A stretch of 44,442 nt of DNA. Origin: Thermoplasmatales archaeon SW_10_69_26 (GTDB lineage Archaea; Thermoplasmatota; SW-10-69-26). The notes beneath the pieces were generated by a model that saw only the letters and a list, made by a program, of their open reading frames with translations, made no database searches and had not been told where the DNA came from. The stretch spans positions 1 to 44,442 of the forward strand of contig PXUB01000028.1 of the NCBI GenBank assembly GCA_003009755.1, given 5' to 3'. Of this stretch, positions 16,878 through 30,095 are shown piece after piece. The position numbers were made by a program, and so were the translations under genes. Within the stretch, counting starts at the first letter, position 1, and each line of letters starts with the position of its first letter.

Positions 16878-18515
16878 ATGCGAACCAAGTTCGTCCCCCT
16901 GATTGCGTTTTCGCTGGTGGCTCTCCTCGCGGTCGCGGGGACGGCCGCCGCGCAATCCGAGGACCCCACCCCCGAGGCACCGCGATGGCTGGAGACCGAG
17001 CACGAGGTGTCCTTGGACGAGGATCTGCGAGAGCTGAGCCTCGATGGGACGACCGATCTCCACGAGTTCCAGACCGACAACCGGGCGCTGGAGTTCGAGT
17101 GCGGCGGCTCCGTGTGCACGGCCGACGACCTGCGCGAGACCTACCAACAGAACCCCGATGCCCGGGACGACCTGGTCGAAGCGATCGAGTCGGCCGTCGA
17201 GGAGCGGATCGACGCGGCGCTGGCCAACCTGGCGAGGGGGGATGCCTCGCCCTCGAGCAACGCGACCGTCGACGAGAGCGCGCTGGCCGAGCCCGTCGAA
17301 GGGAGCCCCTACCAGCCCGCCATCCCGATCGCGGCCGAGGGCTCGGTCGCGCTGGGCCTGCTGGACGGGACCGACGTCGACGCCGACCAAGCCGAGGCTC
17401 TGTTCCGCATGGGCGCCCAGGTCGACCAAGCCATCGACCAGGAGGTCCGACCCGGCACGAACCTGACCTTGACCCTCTCCGCCCCGTCGCCGGCGAGCGT
17501 CATCTCCGCGAACGCGGGCACGACGGCCGGCGATGGCAGCCAGGTCACGTGGACGGAGACGAACTGGCGCAGCTCGGAGCCGGTCGCGATCGAGGACGAG
17601 GTTCGCCTGGGTGACCCCAGCGTCGAGGTCCCCAACGCGACGGACGCCGAGGTCGGCGTCAGGCTCGACATCGCGGACGTGAACGTTCGCTACGGTGACG
17701 TGTTCGGTGACGCCGCCCCCGCCGACGCCACGGTCGCCGTCACGGTCGACGGCCGCTTCGCCGCCATCGAGAACCCGCGCGAGATCGACCGCGTGCACCT
17801 GCCCTACCTCTCGGCCGACGCCATCCGGATCGCGCTCGAGAACGACCTCCTCGAGACCCGGCAGCTGCTCTCGCTCGAGGAGCAGGCCCGCCGACAGATG
17901 AAGCAGACCATGGAGGAGATCACCGGCGAGTCCGTGCAGGTCTCCGGCGGGTTCCCCGCGGGGGACCTCTCCAGCCAGGCCGTGGGCGAACCGGCCGGCA
18001 CCGGCGAGCCGATCACGCTCCGGTTGAACACCAGCGCCCAGGTGCCGTTCCCACCCGAGCAACCCGCCGGCGCCCAGGGCTTCACGGTCACGACGCTGTC
18101 GATGGGGTCCTTCGATCTGCCGAACATCGACACCCCCTACGGGAGCGACTCGGCGATCACGGTCGTGCTCCCCGAGGGCCTGGACCTGGACTTCGAGCCG
18201 CCGGCCGGCTACGACGTCGAGGAGACCACCCAGGACGGACGGCAGGCCTACGTGTTCGCCTCGAACGGGGAGGATGGCTCCGGCGAAGCCGCCACGGTCC
18301 AGAACGCCGACGTCGTCGTGAACCACCCCTTCGTGTGGGACGTGTTCTGGCCCGTGCTCGTCGCGCTGGCGCTGTTGTTGATCGTCCTCCCGGCGGTCGT
18401 GATCGGGTTGACGATCCGACGCCGCCGCAGGCGCGGCCCGCCCAGCGCCGGCGAGTCGGCCCAGCCGATCGCCGGTTCCCAGGCCAGCCAGCGCTCCTCG
18501 CCCGACGAGGAGTAG
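16878..18515 (+). CDS. Hypothetical surface protein with signal peptide and C-terminal membrane anchor
   Basis: Signal MRTKFVPLIAFSLVALLAVAGTAAAQ, an acidic ectodomain, then a C-terminal TM helix followed by RRRRRR. Confidence 0.8.
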   Translation: MRTKFVPLIAFSLVALLAVAGTAAAQSEDPTPEAPRWLETEHEVSLDEDLRELSLDGTTDLHEFQTDNRALEFECGGSVCTADDLRETYQQNPDARDDLVEAIESAVEERIDAALANLARGDASPSSNATVDESALAEPVEGSPYQPAIPIAAEGSVALGLLDGTDVDADQAEALFRMGAQVDQAIDQEVRPGTNLTLTLSAPSPASVISANAGTTAGDGSQVTWTETNWRSSEPVAIEDEVRLGDPSVEVPNATDAEVGVRLDIADVNVRYGDVFGDAAPADATVAVTVDGRFAAIENPREIDRVHLPYLSADAIRIALENDLLETRQLLSLEEQARRQMKQTMEEITGESVQVSGGFPAGDLSSQAVGEPAGTGEPITLRLNTSAQVPFPPEQPAGAQGFTVTTLSMGSFDLPNIDTPYGSDSAITVVLPEGLDLDFEPPAGYDVEETTQDGRQAYVFASNGEDGSGEAATVQNADVVVNHPFVWDVFWPVLVALALLLIVLPAVVIGLTIRRRRRRGPPSAGESAQPIAGSQASQRSSPDEE

Positions 18516-18517
18516 GC

Positions 18518-19741
18518 CTACTCCGTGGGCACGTGATCCAGCGTGAGGTTGCTCGCGAAGCCCTTCAGGACGGCGGGTGCGTACCGGATCAGGCCGGGTT
18601 CGGCCTTGATCAAGCGGAACGCGAGCTTGCTGACGTAGTCGATGTCCCCGTGCTCGTTGAGGATGCGGGTGACCTCGGGCTGGGTCAACCGGTCCCAGAT
18701 GTCGTCCAGGTCCTCGTCGTCGAGCTGCAGGAAGGCGTGCCGGAGCGTCATCATGATGCGCAGCTCGCGCCCGATCGAGGACGACCACGCCTGGTGGTAG
18801 GCCTCCAACCGCTCCTCGGATAGATCGTCCTCCGCCAGCGCCTCCCCAAGCTCGTCGGCGAGCATCTCGGCGCAGCAGATGCCCGTGTAGATCCCGCCCC
18901 CGGTCGTCGGTTTGGCCTGCCCCGCCGCGTCCCCGACCAAGGCCACGCGGTCGCGGACGGTCTCCTCGGCCGGTCCGAAGGGGATCGTGGCCGAGATCGT
19001 GAACTGCTCCTCGGCCCCGTCGAGGTGCGGGGCCGACAGCGGATCGTCGAACATTCGCTCGTAGTAGTGCTTGGCCGGCTGGGGCGCGTTCCAGACGCCG
19101 GCCTCGACCTTGCCCCGGTCCTCGCCGGTGGGGACGATGTAGGTGAAGAAGCCGGGCGCGCGCTCCTCGCCCAGCCACATCTCGACGCCCTCCGGGTCGA
19201 GCCCTTCCAGGCCCGTCATCTCGGCGCCGTGCAGGCTGATGTACTGTCTGGGCTCGAAGAGGTCGAACCACTTCCCGACGCGGCTTTGGGCGCCGTCGGC
19301 GCCGACGATGGCGCGCGCCTCGATCGTCCCCTCGTCCTCGGGGGTCCGATAGCTGGCCTCGACGCCTTCGGCGGTGTAGCGGGCGCCCGTGACCTTGGTG
19401 CCCAGGCGCTGCTCGGCGCCGGCCTCGCGAGCCAGCGTGGCCAGCTTGCGGTCGACGGCGGCGCGGTCGCTGGCCACGGACTTGAGCTCGTCGGCCTCGA
19501 GGTGCAACAGCGTGCCGTCGGGAGCGTAGATGCGGGCTTTGCGCAGCTCGGTGTGGACAATCGGCTCGACGTCGAAGGGAAGCTTGTCCATCAGGTGCGG
19601 CGTCAACAGGCCCCCGCACTGGACAGGGTGGCCGATCTCGTCGTGCTCCTCGACCTGAACCACGTCGTGGCCCTCGCTGGCCAGCTCGCGTGCGACGGTG
19701 GACCCGGCGGGGCCTCCGCCGACGACGAGCACGTCACGCAT
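18518..19741 (-). CDS. Geranylgeranyl reductase family FAD-dependent oxidoreductase
   Basis: VVGGGPAGS, IGHPVQCGG, VGADG, LVGDAAGQAKPTTGGGIY motifs. Confidence 0.92.
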   Translation of the reverse strand: MRDVLVVGGGPAGSTVARELASEGHDVVQVEEHDEIGHPVQCGGLLTPHLMDKLPFDVEPIVHTELRKARIYAPDGTLLHLEADELKSVASDRAAVDRKLATLAREAGAEQRLGTKVTGARYTAEGVEASYRTPEDEGTIEARAIVGADGAQSRVGKWFDLFEPRQYISLHGAEMTGLEGLDPEGVEMWLGEERAPGFFTYIVPTGEDRGKVEAGVWNAPQPAKHYYERMFDDPLSAPHLDGAEEQFTISATIPFGPAEETVRDRVALVGDAAGQAKPTTGGGIYTGICCAEMLADELGEALAEDDLSEERLEAYHQAWSSSIGRELRIMMTLRHAFLQLDDEDLDDIWDRLTQPEVTRILNEHGDIDYVSKLAFRLIKAEPGLIRYAPAVLKGFASNLTLDHVPTE

Positions 19742-19970
19742 CCCGACCGCTCCCGGCTGGACGCATCAGGCGCCCAACCGGGAGGGAGTACAAGAGGCCG
19801 GGGGACGCCCGGCTCGGTCGGCCCACCGGCGGCCGTCGAGGCCCGCGGTGATCGGCAGGCCCGCGCCGGCGTCCTCGGTGTGGGGGCGGCGCCAGCCTCG
19901 GAGCGCGGGCTCGGCCGCTGCCGATGGATTCCGGCATGCTTAAGGGAGGCTGGGGGTAATCCGGGAGGCG

Positions 19971-20552
19971 GTGCCCACCTTGAACGAGGCCGTCGTGCAG
20001 CTGTTGATCAGCTGGTCGGACCCGAAGGCGCTGGGGGCGGGGATCATCGCCCTCACGCTCGTCGGCGTGATCGCCGTCCTGATGAACCAGAAGAGCAACC
20101 AGACGGCCAGCAGCGCAAGCGCGGGCGCCTCGGCCACAGCCGGCGCCGCCAGCTCCTCGCCGGACCCGCAACCGATGCCGTCCACGCCCGAGCAGCTCAA
20201 ACAGCGGGCCGAGTCGGCCGACACCTCGCTGTCCAGCGGCGAGGGCGAAACGGTGGCCGAGATGCTCGCCAGCGAGACGTTCGACGACACCGAGCTTTTG
20301 TCCCGCTTCGTGCGCGACGCCGACGGGGAGGAGGTGGGCGAGACGATGACCGTGACCGAGGACGAGGTCGTCGTCAAGCAGGACGGCGAGTTCTTCGCCG
20401 TCGACCCCGACGCGATCATCGAGAAGGACGGCAACCTCGTCCTCGACCCGAACGTCGACTGGGACGAGGCCCGCGAGCGCGGTGAAGCCTGGCGCGAGGC
20501 CAACCTCGACCGCATGCAGTACGACGAGGAAGGCCTCCCCGCCGACGATTGA
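19971..20552 (+). CDS. Membrane-anchored protein with C-terminal PRC-barrel-like (DUF5749-like) domain
   Basis: N-terminal TM helix and Ser/Ala/Pro linker, then RFVRDADGEEVGET..VVVKQDGEFFAV..VDWDEARERGEAWR. Confidence 0.65.
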   Translation: MPTLNEAVVQLLISWSDPKALGAGIIALTLVGVIAVLMNQKSNQTASSASAGASATAGAASSSPDPQPMPSTPEQLKQRAESADTSLSSGEGETVAEMLASETFDDTELLSRFVRDADGEEVGETMTVTEDEVVVKQDGEFFAVDPDAIIEKDGNLVLDPNVDWDEARERGEAWREANLDRMQYDEEGLPADD

Positions 20553-23500
20553 TCAACCGAGGCCGACCGCGAACCGGTCCTCCATCGCCAGCGTCTCCGT
20601 ATCCTGGATCGGAGCGCTCGCCAGGCTGGGCGCCTGTGTCGTCACCGAGACGGTGTGCTCGCCCGGAACGAACAACCCACCCACGTCGCCGTCCAGTTCG
20701 ACGACCAGGCTGCCGTCGGCGTCCGTGAGGACCTCCCGTTCCTCGGTGACGCGGTCGAGGCCTTCGTGCCGCATCGTGACGTCGACCGTCGTCCCCGCGA
20801 GGGGCGTGCCATCGTCGTAGGTCACCGTGGCGTGCACGAGCCGCGGCACGTGGGGACCTTGCTCAGCTCGATGGACGAAGAGGTCGCCGGTCAACGCGTC
20901 GTCGACGGTCACGTTCCTCGCGGTCGTGTCCGCGGCCAGCTGGGTATCCTGGGCGGTCAGCTCGACCTTGTAGGTCCCGTGCTCGTCGAAGGCTTGGGTC
21001 ACCTCGGCTCCGCTGCGGTAGACGCCGGAGACGTTCCACGACCAGCGCCGGATCGCGTCGCCGTCCGGGTCGCTGGCTTGCCCCTCGAAGGTCACCGGGT
21101 TCGGGGACCAGCGCGTGTCCGCCTGGGTCTCCGTGGGTCCGGCGATCGAGGCCTCCGGGGGGCGGTTGGGCACGATCTCGAGCTCGATCTGGTGCTCGGT
21201 CACGTCCTGGCCGTCGTCGGCCTGGATCGTCACGGTGTGCGTGGTTTCGGCAGCGTCGCTGGGCGGCTGGACCGTGATCCGCCACTCCTCGCCGTCCGCG
21301 GCGAAGGACGCGCTGGCGGGGAGTCCCTCCGCCGACAGCGTCACGTTGTTCCCGTCGGCGTCGTCGGCCTGCCCCTCGAGCACGGTCGTCTGCCCGCTGG
21401 AGGCCCGAGCCTGCTCGGGGCCGGTGAGGCTGGGCGGCCGGTTCGTGTTCTCGACGTCGACCGAGACGCTGGCTTCGGCCGTGCCGGTCGGCGTGCCGGC
21501 GTCCTCGACGGTCACCGTGATATCGGTCGTGGCGGGCGTGTCCGAGCGGTTGGTCACGTCGTAGTCGGGCGTCCAGGTGAGCGTGACCTCGTCCGGCGCC
21601 GTGAGATCGGCCCGGGCGCCGGTGGGGCCCTCCACGTCGGTGACGCGGACGGGGTCCCCGTCGGGGTCGTCGGCGGCGAGCGCGACGGAGAGCGTCTGGC
21701 CCTCGGCGGTGGCGGCGGTCTCGTTGCCGTCGAGCGATGGGAAGCGGTTGACGTCGACGGTCTTCTGCACGGTGCGGGCGTCGCCGTCGTCGTCGACCGC
21801 GGTGAAGTTGGCAGTGTAGGTGCCGCCCGTCGGGTATGTGTGCGTGGTCTCTTTGGTGGTCGCCGTCTGGCCGTCGCCGAACGCCCACGTCGTCTCCTCG
21901 ACGGTGCCGTCGGAATCGTCGGCGGTGCCGGTGACGGTGGCCTCGAGGCTGCCGGGCGTGGTGTCGACGGTCCCGGTCACGTTCGGGGGCACGTTGGCGA
22001 CCTGGATCTGCGTGGTCTCGGTCCAGGCGTGACCGTCGGGGTCGGTGACCGTGACGCTGACGTTGTAGGTGCCGTCGTCGGCGAAGCTGTGGGTTGGGCT
22101 CTCGGCCTCGGAGGTGGTGCCGTCGCCGAAGTCCCACGCGTACGAGAGCGAGGCATCGTCGCTGTTTTCGTCGGTCGCGTCGGCGTCGAAGGTGACGGTG
22201 TCCTGGGTCGTCGGCTCGCTGGGGTCGATCGCGATCTCCTCGACGACCGGGTTGGCCGCGTCGACGAAGTGGAGTGTGGAGGCGTTGCCGATGATCGGGA
22301 TGCCCTCGCCGGCGAGCACCTCGCTTCGACCGTCGTCGTCGACGTCGGCGGGGACCGGGCCGGAGATGCCGCCGTCGTCGGGGAAGGAGACCGACCAGCG
22401 CGGCTGGGTGTCGGCGTCGGCGAGGTCGGCGCCGTCGACGGCGAACATCCGCCCGGGCAGGGCGTCGGAGTTCACGACCTCGTCGGTAACGTTGATCGGG
22501 ACGGTGGAGCCGAGAAGCTCGGTGTCCTCGTCGCCGTCGATGTCGGCCACGGCGGGGCTGGCGGCGACCCAGGGGTCCTTGCCGTTGACGGGCGGCAGCG
22601 CGATCTTGCCGTCGTCGACGAAGCCCTCGGAGGTCAGCTCGAGCGACTGGATGCCGTTGAACACGCCGACGGAGACCTCGGGGACGTCGTCGTCGTCGAT
22701 GTCGGCGATCGCGGGCGAGCTGATGGCGACGAGCGGACCCACGGTCGCTTCGTGGTCGGCTTGCACGGTTCCGTCGGGCTCGACGGCGTAGAAGTGGCCG
22801 CCCTGGGCGCCGACGACGATCTCGGGTGTGCCGTCGGCGTCGAGGTCCTCGGCGGTGGGGGAGCCCAACGCCGGGCCGCTGAGGCCGACCTGCCAGTCGA
22901 TCGACCAGGTGCCCCCGGAACGCTCGAACGCGTAGAGGCTCTCGCCGCCGGTCTTGGCGGAGGGGAACAGCTGGGATAGCGTGTCGGGGACGCCGGTGGC
23001 GATGACGAGCTCGCGGGTGTCGTCGCCGTCGAGGTCCTCGTAGAGCGGGGTGGACCACGCCGGGCCGTCGAGCTCGATCGCCTGAAGCTGGTCACCGTCG
23101 TCGTCGTAGATGAGGAGGCTGCCGTCCTGGTCGCTCGTGGAGCCGCCGAGCGCGATCTCCTTGCCGTCCGTGTCGTCGAGGTCGGCGACGATGGGGCTGG
23201 AGGCAAGCAGGTCGCTGCTGGTGTCGCCGACCTGGGCGCTCCACTCCTGGATGCCATCGCGGGCGTTGAACACGCGGAGGGTGGAGTCGTCGAGGCTGGG
23301 GAGGACGACCTCCTTGACGTCGTCGCCGTCGAGGTCCTCGACGGTCGGCGAGGCGATGTAGCCGCCGGTGGACCCTGCCGGTGTCGTGGACCACAGCGTC
23401 TCGCCTCCGGGGGTGATCGCGTAGACGGTTCCCGGGGTGTTCTGGGCGGGGTAGGAACCGACGACGATCGTCGTGTCGCCGTCGACGGTCGTCACGGCGG

Positions 23501-23684
23501 GCGAGGATTCGATCGCTCCGTCGGCGTCGAAGGTCCACGGTTCGTAGGGGGTCTGGATGGCTCCCGCCTGGTCGGCCAGGCTGGTGTGTTCGTCGTCGTG
23601 GCGGAACTGCGACCAGTCGGCGATCCCCGTGGGTACGAGCAGGGCGATAGCGGCCAGGATGGCGATGACGCGCGTCAGTTGCAC
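20553..23684 (-). CDS. Secreted FG-GAP/PQQ-like beta-propeller protein with PKD and Ig-like domains (1043 aa)
   Basis: Signal peptide; WSQFRHDDEHT; repeated SSP..DLDGD..E(I/V)V Ca-binding blades; PKD motifs (YAWDFGDG, WAFGDG, WSWNV); DPDGD Ig repeats. Confidence 0.88.
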   Translation of the reverse strand: MQLTRVIAILAAIALLVPTGIADWSQFRHDDEHTSLADQAGAIQTPYEPWTFDADGAIESSPAVTTVDGDTTIVVGSYPAQNTPGTVYAITPGGETLWSTTPAGSTGGYIASPTVEDLDGDDVKEVVLPSLDDSTLRVFNARDGIQEWSAQVGDTSSDLLASSPIVADLDDTDGKEIALGGSTSDQDGSLLIYDDDGDQLQAIELDGPAWSTPLYEDLDGDDTRELVIATGVPDTLSQLFPSAKTGGESLYAFERSGGTWSIDWQVGLSGPALGSPTAEDLDADGTPEIVVGAQGGHFYAVEPDGTVQADHEATVGPLVAISSPAIADIDDDDVPEVSVGVFNGIQSLELTSEGFVDDGKIALPPVNGKDPWVAASPAVADIDGDEDTELLGSTVPINVTDEVVNSDALPGRMFAVDGADLADADTQPRWSVSFPDDGGISGPVPADVDDDGRSEVLAGEGIPIIGNASTLHFVDAANPVVEEIAIDPSEPTTQDTVTFDADATDENSDDASLSYAWDFGDGTTSEAESPTHSFADDGTYNVSVTVTDPDGHAWTETTQIQVANVPPNVTGTVDTTPGSLEATVTGTADDSDGTVEETTWAFGDGQTATTKETTHTYPTGGTYTANFTAVDDDGDARTVQKTVDVNRFPSLDGNETAATAEGQTLSVALAADDPDGDPVRVTDVEGPTGARADLTAPDEVTLTWTPDYDVTNRSDTPATTDITVTVEDAGTPTGTAEASVSVDVENTNRPPSLTGPEQARASSGQTTVLEGQADDADGNNVTLSAEGLPASASFAADGEEWRITVQPPSDAAETTHTVTIQADDGQDVTEHQIELEIVPNRPPEASIAGPTETQADTRWSPNPVTFEGQASDPDGDAIRRWSWNVSGVYRSGAEVTQAFDEHGTYKVELTAQDTQLAADTTARNVTVDDALTGDLFVHRAEQGPHVPRLVHATVTYDDGTPLAGTTVDVTMRHEGLDRVTEEREVLTDADGSLVVELDGDVGGLFVPGEHTVSVTTQAPSLASAPIQDTETLAMEDRFAVGLG

Positions 23685-23869
23685 GGAAAGCTAGCCTCCC
23701 GCGTGAACGAATAGACGAGATGCATGTAAATCCAAGGGCCCAACCGGGCGTGGTGAACGGACGAGAGCCACGCGAGCACGGTCGGTGTGGGATCGTTGGA
23801 GAAAGATAGGAGAAGAGGAGAGACGAACGGGAGGCGATCGCCTCCCGATCGTGGTTCAGGCGGGACCGT

Positions 23870-24502
23870 TCAACTCGCGGCCTGCGAGACCGGCACCGTG
23901 TCGAAGCTCGCGGAGACGGCGCCGTTGGCCAGCGAGACGTCGCCGGCGAGGTAGGAGCCGCCCTCGGGGATCCCGGCGTTGGTGGCGCACGCGGTGGTGG
24001 CCTTCTGCACGTTCTCGGCGGACGGGGTGGAGGCGTCGAGGTCCTCCGTGCCGGCAGAGGCCGAGCCCTCGTCCCTGGCGCCACCGTCGCGCGGGTTGCA
24101 GGCACCCTCGGCGGCGGCGCTGTTCTGCACGCCGTCCTCGCCGCCGGTCGCGAGCTGCGCCAGCGGGGTCGTGGAGGCGAAGGTGCTGGCGGCGCTGCCG
24201 CCGTTGTCACCTTCGACAACGGTGACCGCGAGGTCGAGGTGGCTGCCGCCCTCGGGCGTATCGCCGTTGGAAGCGGCAGCGATGCAGTTGTTCAGCGCGG
24301 TCTGGACCGTGGCGGGGTTGGGCCCGTCGGACGAGACGGAGCCGTCGTCGCCGACGGCCGCGCTCGCGCTGTCTTCAGCCGTGGAGCCGTCGTAGTTGCA
24401 GGCGCCACTCCCTTCGGCACTCACAGCGGTGTCGGCCACAGCGGATCCGGCACCTGTGAAACCGACGAGAACCAGCAGTCCCAACATCATGTATCTCTTC
24501 AT
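23870..24502 (-). CDS. Secreted protein made of two tandem ~85-90-aa Cys-containing repeats
   Basis: Signal MKRYMMLGLLVLVGF; GACN..SASA..P..VQ.A...C...PEGGS occurs twice; TATA-like TTTAAC upstream. Confidence 0.75.
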   Translation of the reverse strand: MKRYMMLGLLVLVGFTGAGSAVADTAVSAEGSGACNYDGSTAEDSASAAVGDDGSVSSDGPNPATVQTALNNCIAAASNGDTPEGGSHLDLAVTVVEGDNGGSAASTFASTTPLAQLATGGEDGVQNSAAAEGACNPRDGGARDEGSASAGTEDLDASTPSAENVQKATTACATNAGIPEGGSYLAGDVSLANGAVSASFDTVPVSQAAS

Positions 24503-24638
24503 ATGGGTTTCCTCCCAACCCAACCAATGGGGTAGGGGTTAAAGAATGCATTGGCGCACCGTGGAGACGGTTGCAGCCGCGCAGCTTTGCCCCCCACGGT
24601 GGGGCAACGACCTTACCTCTCGAGGAGATCCGGGGTTC

Positions 24639-24992
24639 GTGGCTCCCAAGCTCGTCGTCTGCGTGCGCACGGATCTGGGGATGGGGAAGGGCAAGACCGC
24701 CGCCCAGGTCGGACACGCGAGCGTGAGGGCGGCCGAGGCGGCTCGTCGCCAGGACCAGTCGACGTCCAAGGCGTGGAAGGACGCCGGCCAGCCGAAGGTC
24801 GTCGTGACGGTCACCGGCTCCGATGAGCTCGACGAGATCCGCCGCGAGGCGCGCGCCGCCAACCTTCCCACGCACACCGTCACGGACGCCGGCCGCACGC
24901 AGTTGGAGCCCGGCACGACCACGTGCCTGGCGGTGGGACCAGCCGACGGCGACCGCGTCGACGCCGTGACCGGCCACCTGACGCTGCTGTGA
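24639..24992 (+). CDS. pth2: Peptidyl-tRNA hydrolase Pth2
   Basis: KLVVCVRTDLGMGKGKTAAQVGHA, GQPKVVV, DAGRTQLEPGT, AVGP and VTGHLTLL motifs. Confidence 0.96.
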   Translation: MAPKLVVCVRTDLGMGKGKTAAQVGHASVRAAEAARRQDQSTSKAWKDAGQPKVVVTVTGSDELDEIRREARAANLPTHTVTDAGRTQLEPGTTTCLAVGPADGDRVDAVTGHLTLL

Positions 24993-25058
24993 GGTCTGGG
25001 TTCACGGGCGTCACCACGAACCTTTCGCCCGGGGTCCGAGAGAGCCCACCCGTGGACG

Positions 25059-25646
25059 ATGGGACGGGGCCCCGAACTCGCGGTGCTCGGAATCCTGGCT
25101 CTATCCCTGGGGCTGCCGGTCGCCAGTGCCCTGGAGGGGGAACTTCTGGTCAACGAGGAGCGGCTCGAGCGGGGCCAACCCGGCGTCGTCCACGCCGTCG
25201 TCGACCTCGGCGGAACCGATGACGCGGGGACGTGGGAGGTCCACGTCTCGATCGACGGTCCGGGATCGGACGAGCAGATCGTCGAGCAGCGCAGCGCGTT
25301 GCCCTCCTCCGGGTCCCGTCTGGTCACCCTCGCTTGGACCCCTGCTCAGGCTGGCAACCACACCTTGCAGGCGGCGGCCGTCGTCGGGGGCGAACGCCAC
25401 GTGATCGGGGAGGAGCGCACCGTCTTCGTCTCGCCCGGACGCTCGAGCTCCAGTTCGGGGCCCAGCGCCGGCGTGCTCCCGCACACGGCGCCGGGTACCG
25501 TGCAGTGGGCGATCGCGTTCGGCGTTCTGTTCTTCTTCGCCCGGGACGGCCTGGACCGCCAACGGCGAGGGCCGCCGACCCCGGTCATCCCGGGGACAGA
25601 TCCCGCTGGGCCTGGAGCCATCGATGGGGGTCGAGGTGTGGGATGA
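25059..25646 (+). CDS. Hypothetical membrane-anchored protein with one CARDB/Ig-like domain
   Basis: Signal peptide, VTLAWTPAQAGNHTL beta-sandwich motif and a C-terminal TM helix. Confidence 0.6.
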   Translation: MGRGPELAVLGILALSLGLPVASALEGELLVNEERLERGQPGVVHAVVDLGGTDDAGTWEVHVSIDGPGSDEQIVEQRSALPSSGSRLVTLAWTPAQAGNHTLQAAAVVGGERHVIGEERTVFVSPGRSSSSSGPSAGVLPHTAPGTVQWAIAFGVLFFFARDGLDRQRRGPPTPVIPGTDPAGPGAIDGGRGVG

Positions 25647-25721
25647 GCTCCAGGTGAAACGCCCCCGAGCGGGGGGCGAACCCTTATCTACCTCCTGTCC
25701 CGATGGGCAGCGGGTCCCCAG

Positions 25722-26810
25722 ATGAGCGCCCGCCTTGTCCTTGAAGATGGTACCGTCCTCGAAGGCGAGCCGTTCGGAGCTCAGACGACGAGCTTCGGCG
25801 AGCTCGTGTTCAACACGTCCATGACGGGCTACCAGGAAGCCCTCACGGACCCCTCCTACACGGGCCAACTCCTCATGTTCACGTACCCCCTCATCGGGAA
25901 CTACGGCATCCTCCCCGACGCCTACGAATCCGACAGCGTCAAGGCCTGGGGATGCGCGGTGAGGGAAGCCTGCGAGTCGCCCTGGCATCCCCGATCGGAG
26001 GCCAGCGTCGACGAGTTCCTCGCCGATGAGGGGGTGCCGGGCATCACGGGCATCGACACGCGATCGGTGACCGTGGACGTCCGCGAGCACGGCGTCATGA
26101 AGGCAGCCATCACGACCGAGGAGGACCGCTCCACGGACGACTTGCTCGCGGAGGTGGGCTCGATGCCCTCGCCCGACGAGGACAACCTCGTCGCCGACGT
26201 CAGCGTCGACGGCGTCGAACGCTGGGGCGGCGAGGGACCCCGCGTCGTCGTGATGGACTACGGGTGCAAGCACTCGATCCTGCGCAACCTCGAGAAGCAC
26301 TTCGAGGTCTACCGCGCCCCCTGGAACGCCGACGCCGACGAGGTGTTGGATCTCGACCCCGAGGGCATCATGCTCTCCAACGGGCCCGGGGACCCGGCCC
26401 ACGAGGAGATCATGGAGCACGCGGTGCCGACGATCCGGGACCTCATCGGGGAACGCCCGGTCTACGGGATCTGCCTGGGCCACCAGCTGATGTCGCTGGC
26501 CCTGGGCGGGGACACGTTCAAGCTCAAGTTCGGCCACCGCGGCTCCAACCAGCCGGTGAAGAACCGGCGCACGGGCCGCGTGGTCATCACCAGCCAGAAC
26601 CACGGGTTCGCCGTGGACGCCGACACGTTCGAGGACCCCGACCTGGAGGTCGCCGAGACCAACGCCAGCGACGGTACCCTCGAGGCGATCGGCCTCCCGG
26701 GCAAGCAGGCCTACAGCGTCCAGTACCACCCCGAGGCGAACCCGGGACCGCTCGACACCGAGCACTTCTTCAACGAGTTCGCCGAGGAGATCACGGGAGG
26801 GGGAGCCTAG
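25722..26810 (+). CDS. carA: Carbamoyl-phosphate synthase small subunit
   Basis: GELVFNTSMTGYQE.LTDPSY, LSNGPGDP, GICLGHQ, SQNHGF and QYHPEA motifs. Confidence 0.98.
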   Translation: MSARLVLEDGTVLEGEPFGAQTTSFGELVFNTSMTGYQEALTDPSYTGQLLMFTYPLIGNYGILPDAYESDSVKAWGCAVREACESPWHPRSEASVDEFLADEGVPGITGIDTRSVTVDVREHGVMKAAITTEEDRSTDDLLAEVGSMPSPDEDNLVADVSVDGVERWGGEGPRVVVMDYGCKHSILRNLEKHFEVYRAPWNADADEVLDLDPEGIMLSNGPGDPAHEEIMEHAVPTIRDLIGERPVYGICLGHQLMSLALGGDTFKLKFGHRGSNQPVKNRRTGRVVITSQNHGFAVDADTFEDPDLEVAETNASDGTLEAIGLPGKQAYSVQYHPEANPGPLDTEHFFNEFAEEITGGGA

Positions 26811-30081
<3,271 letters not shown>

Positions 30082-30095
<14 letters not shown>

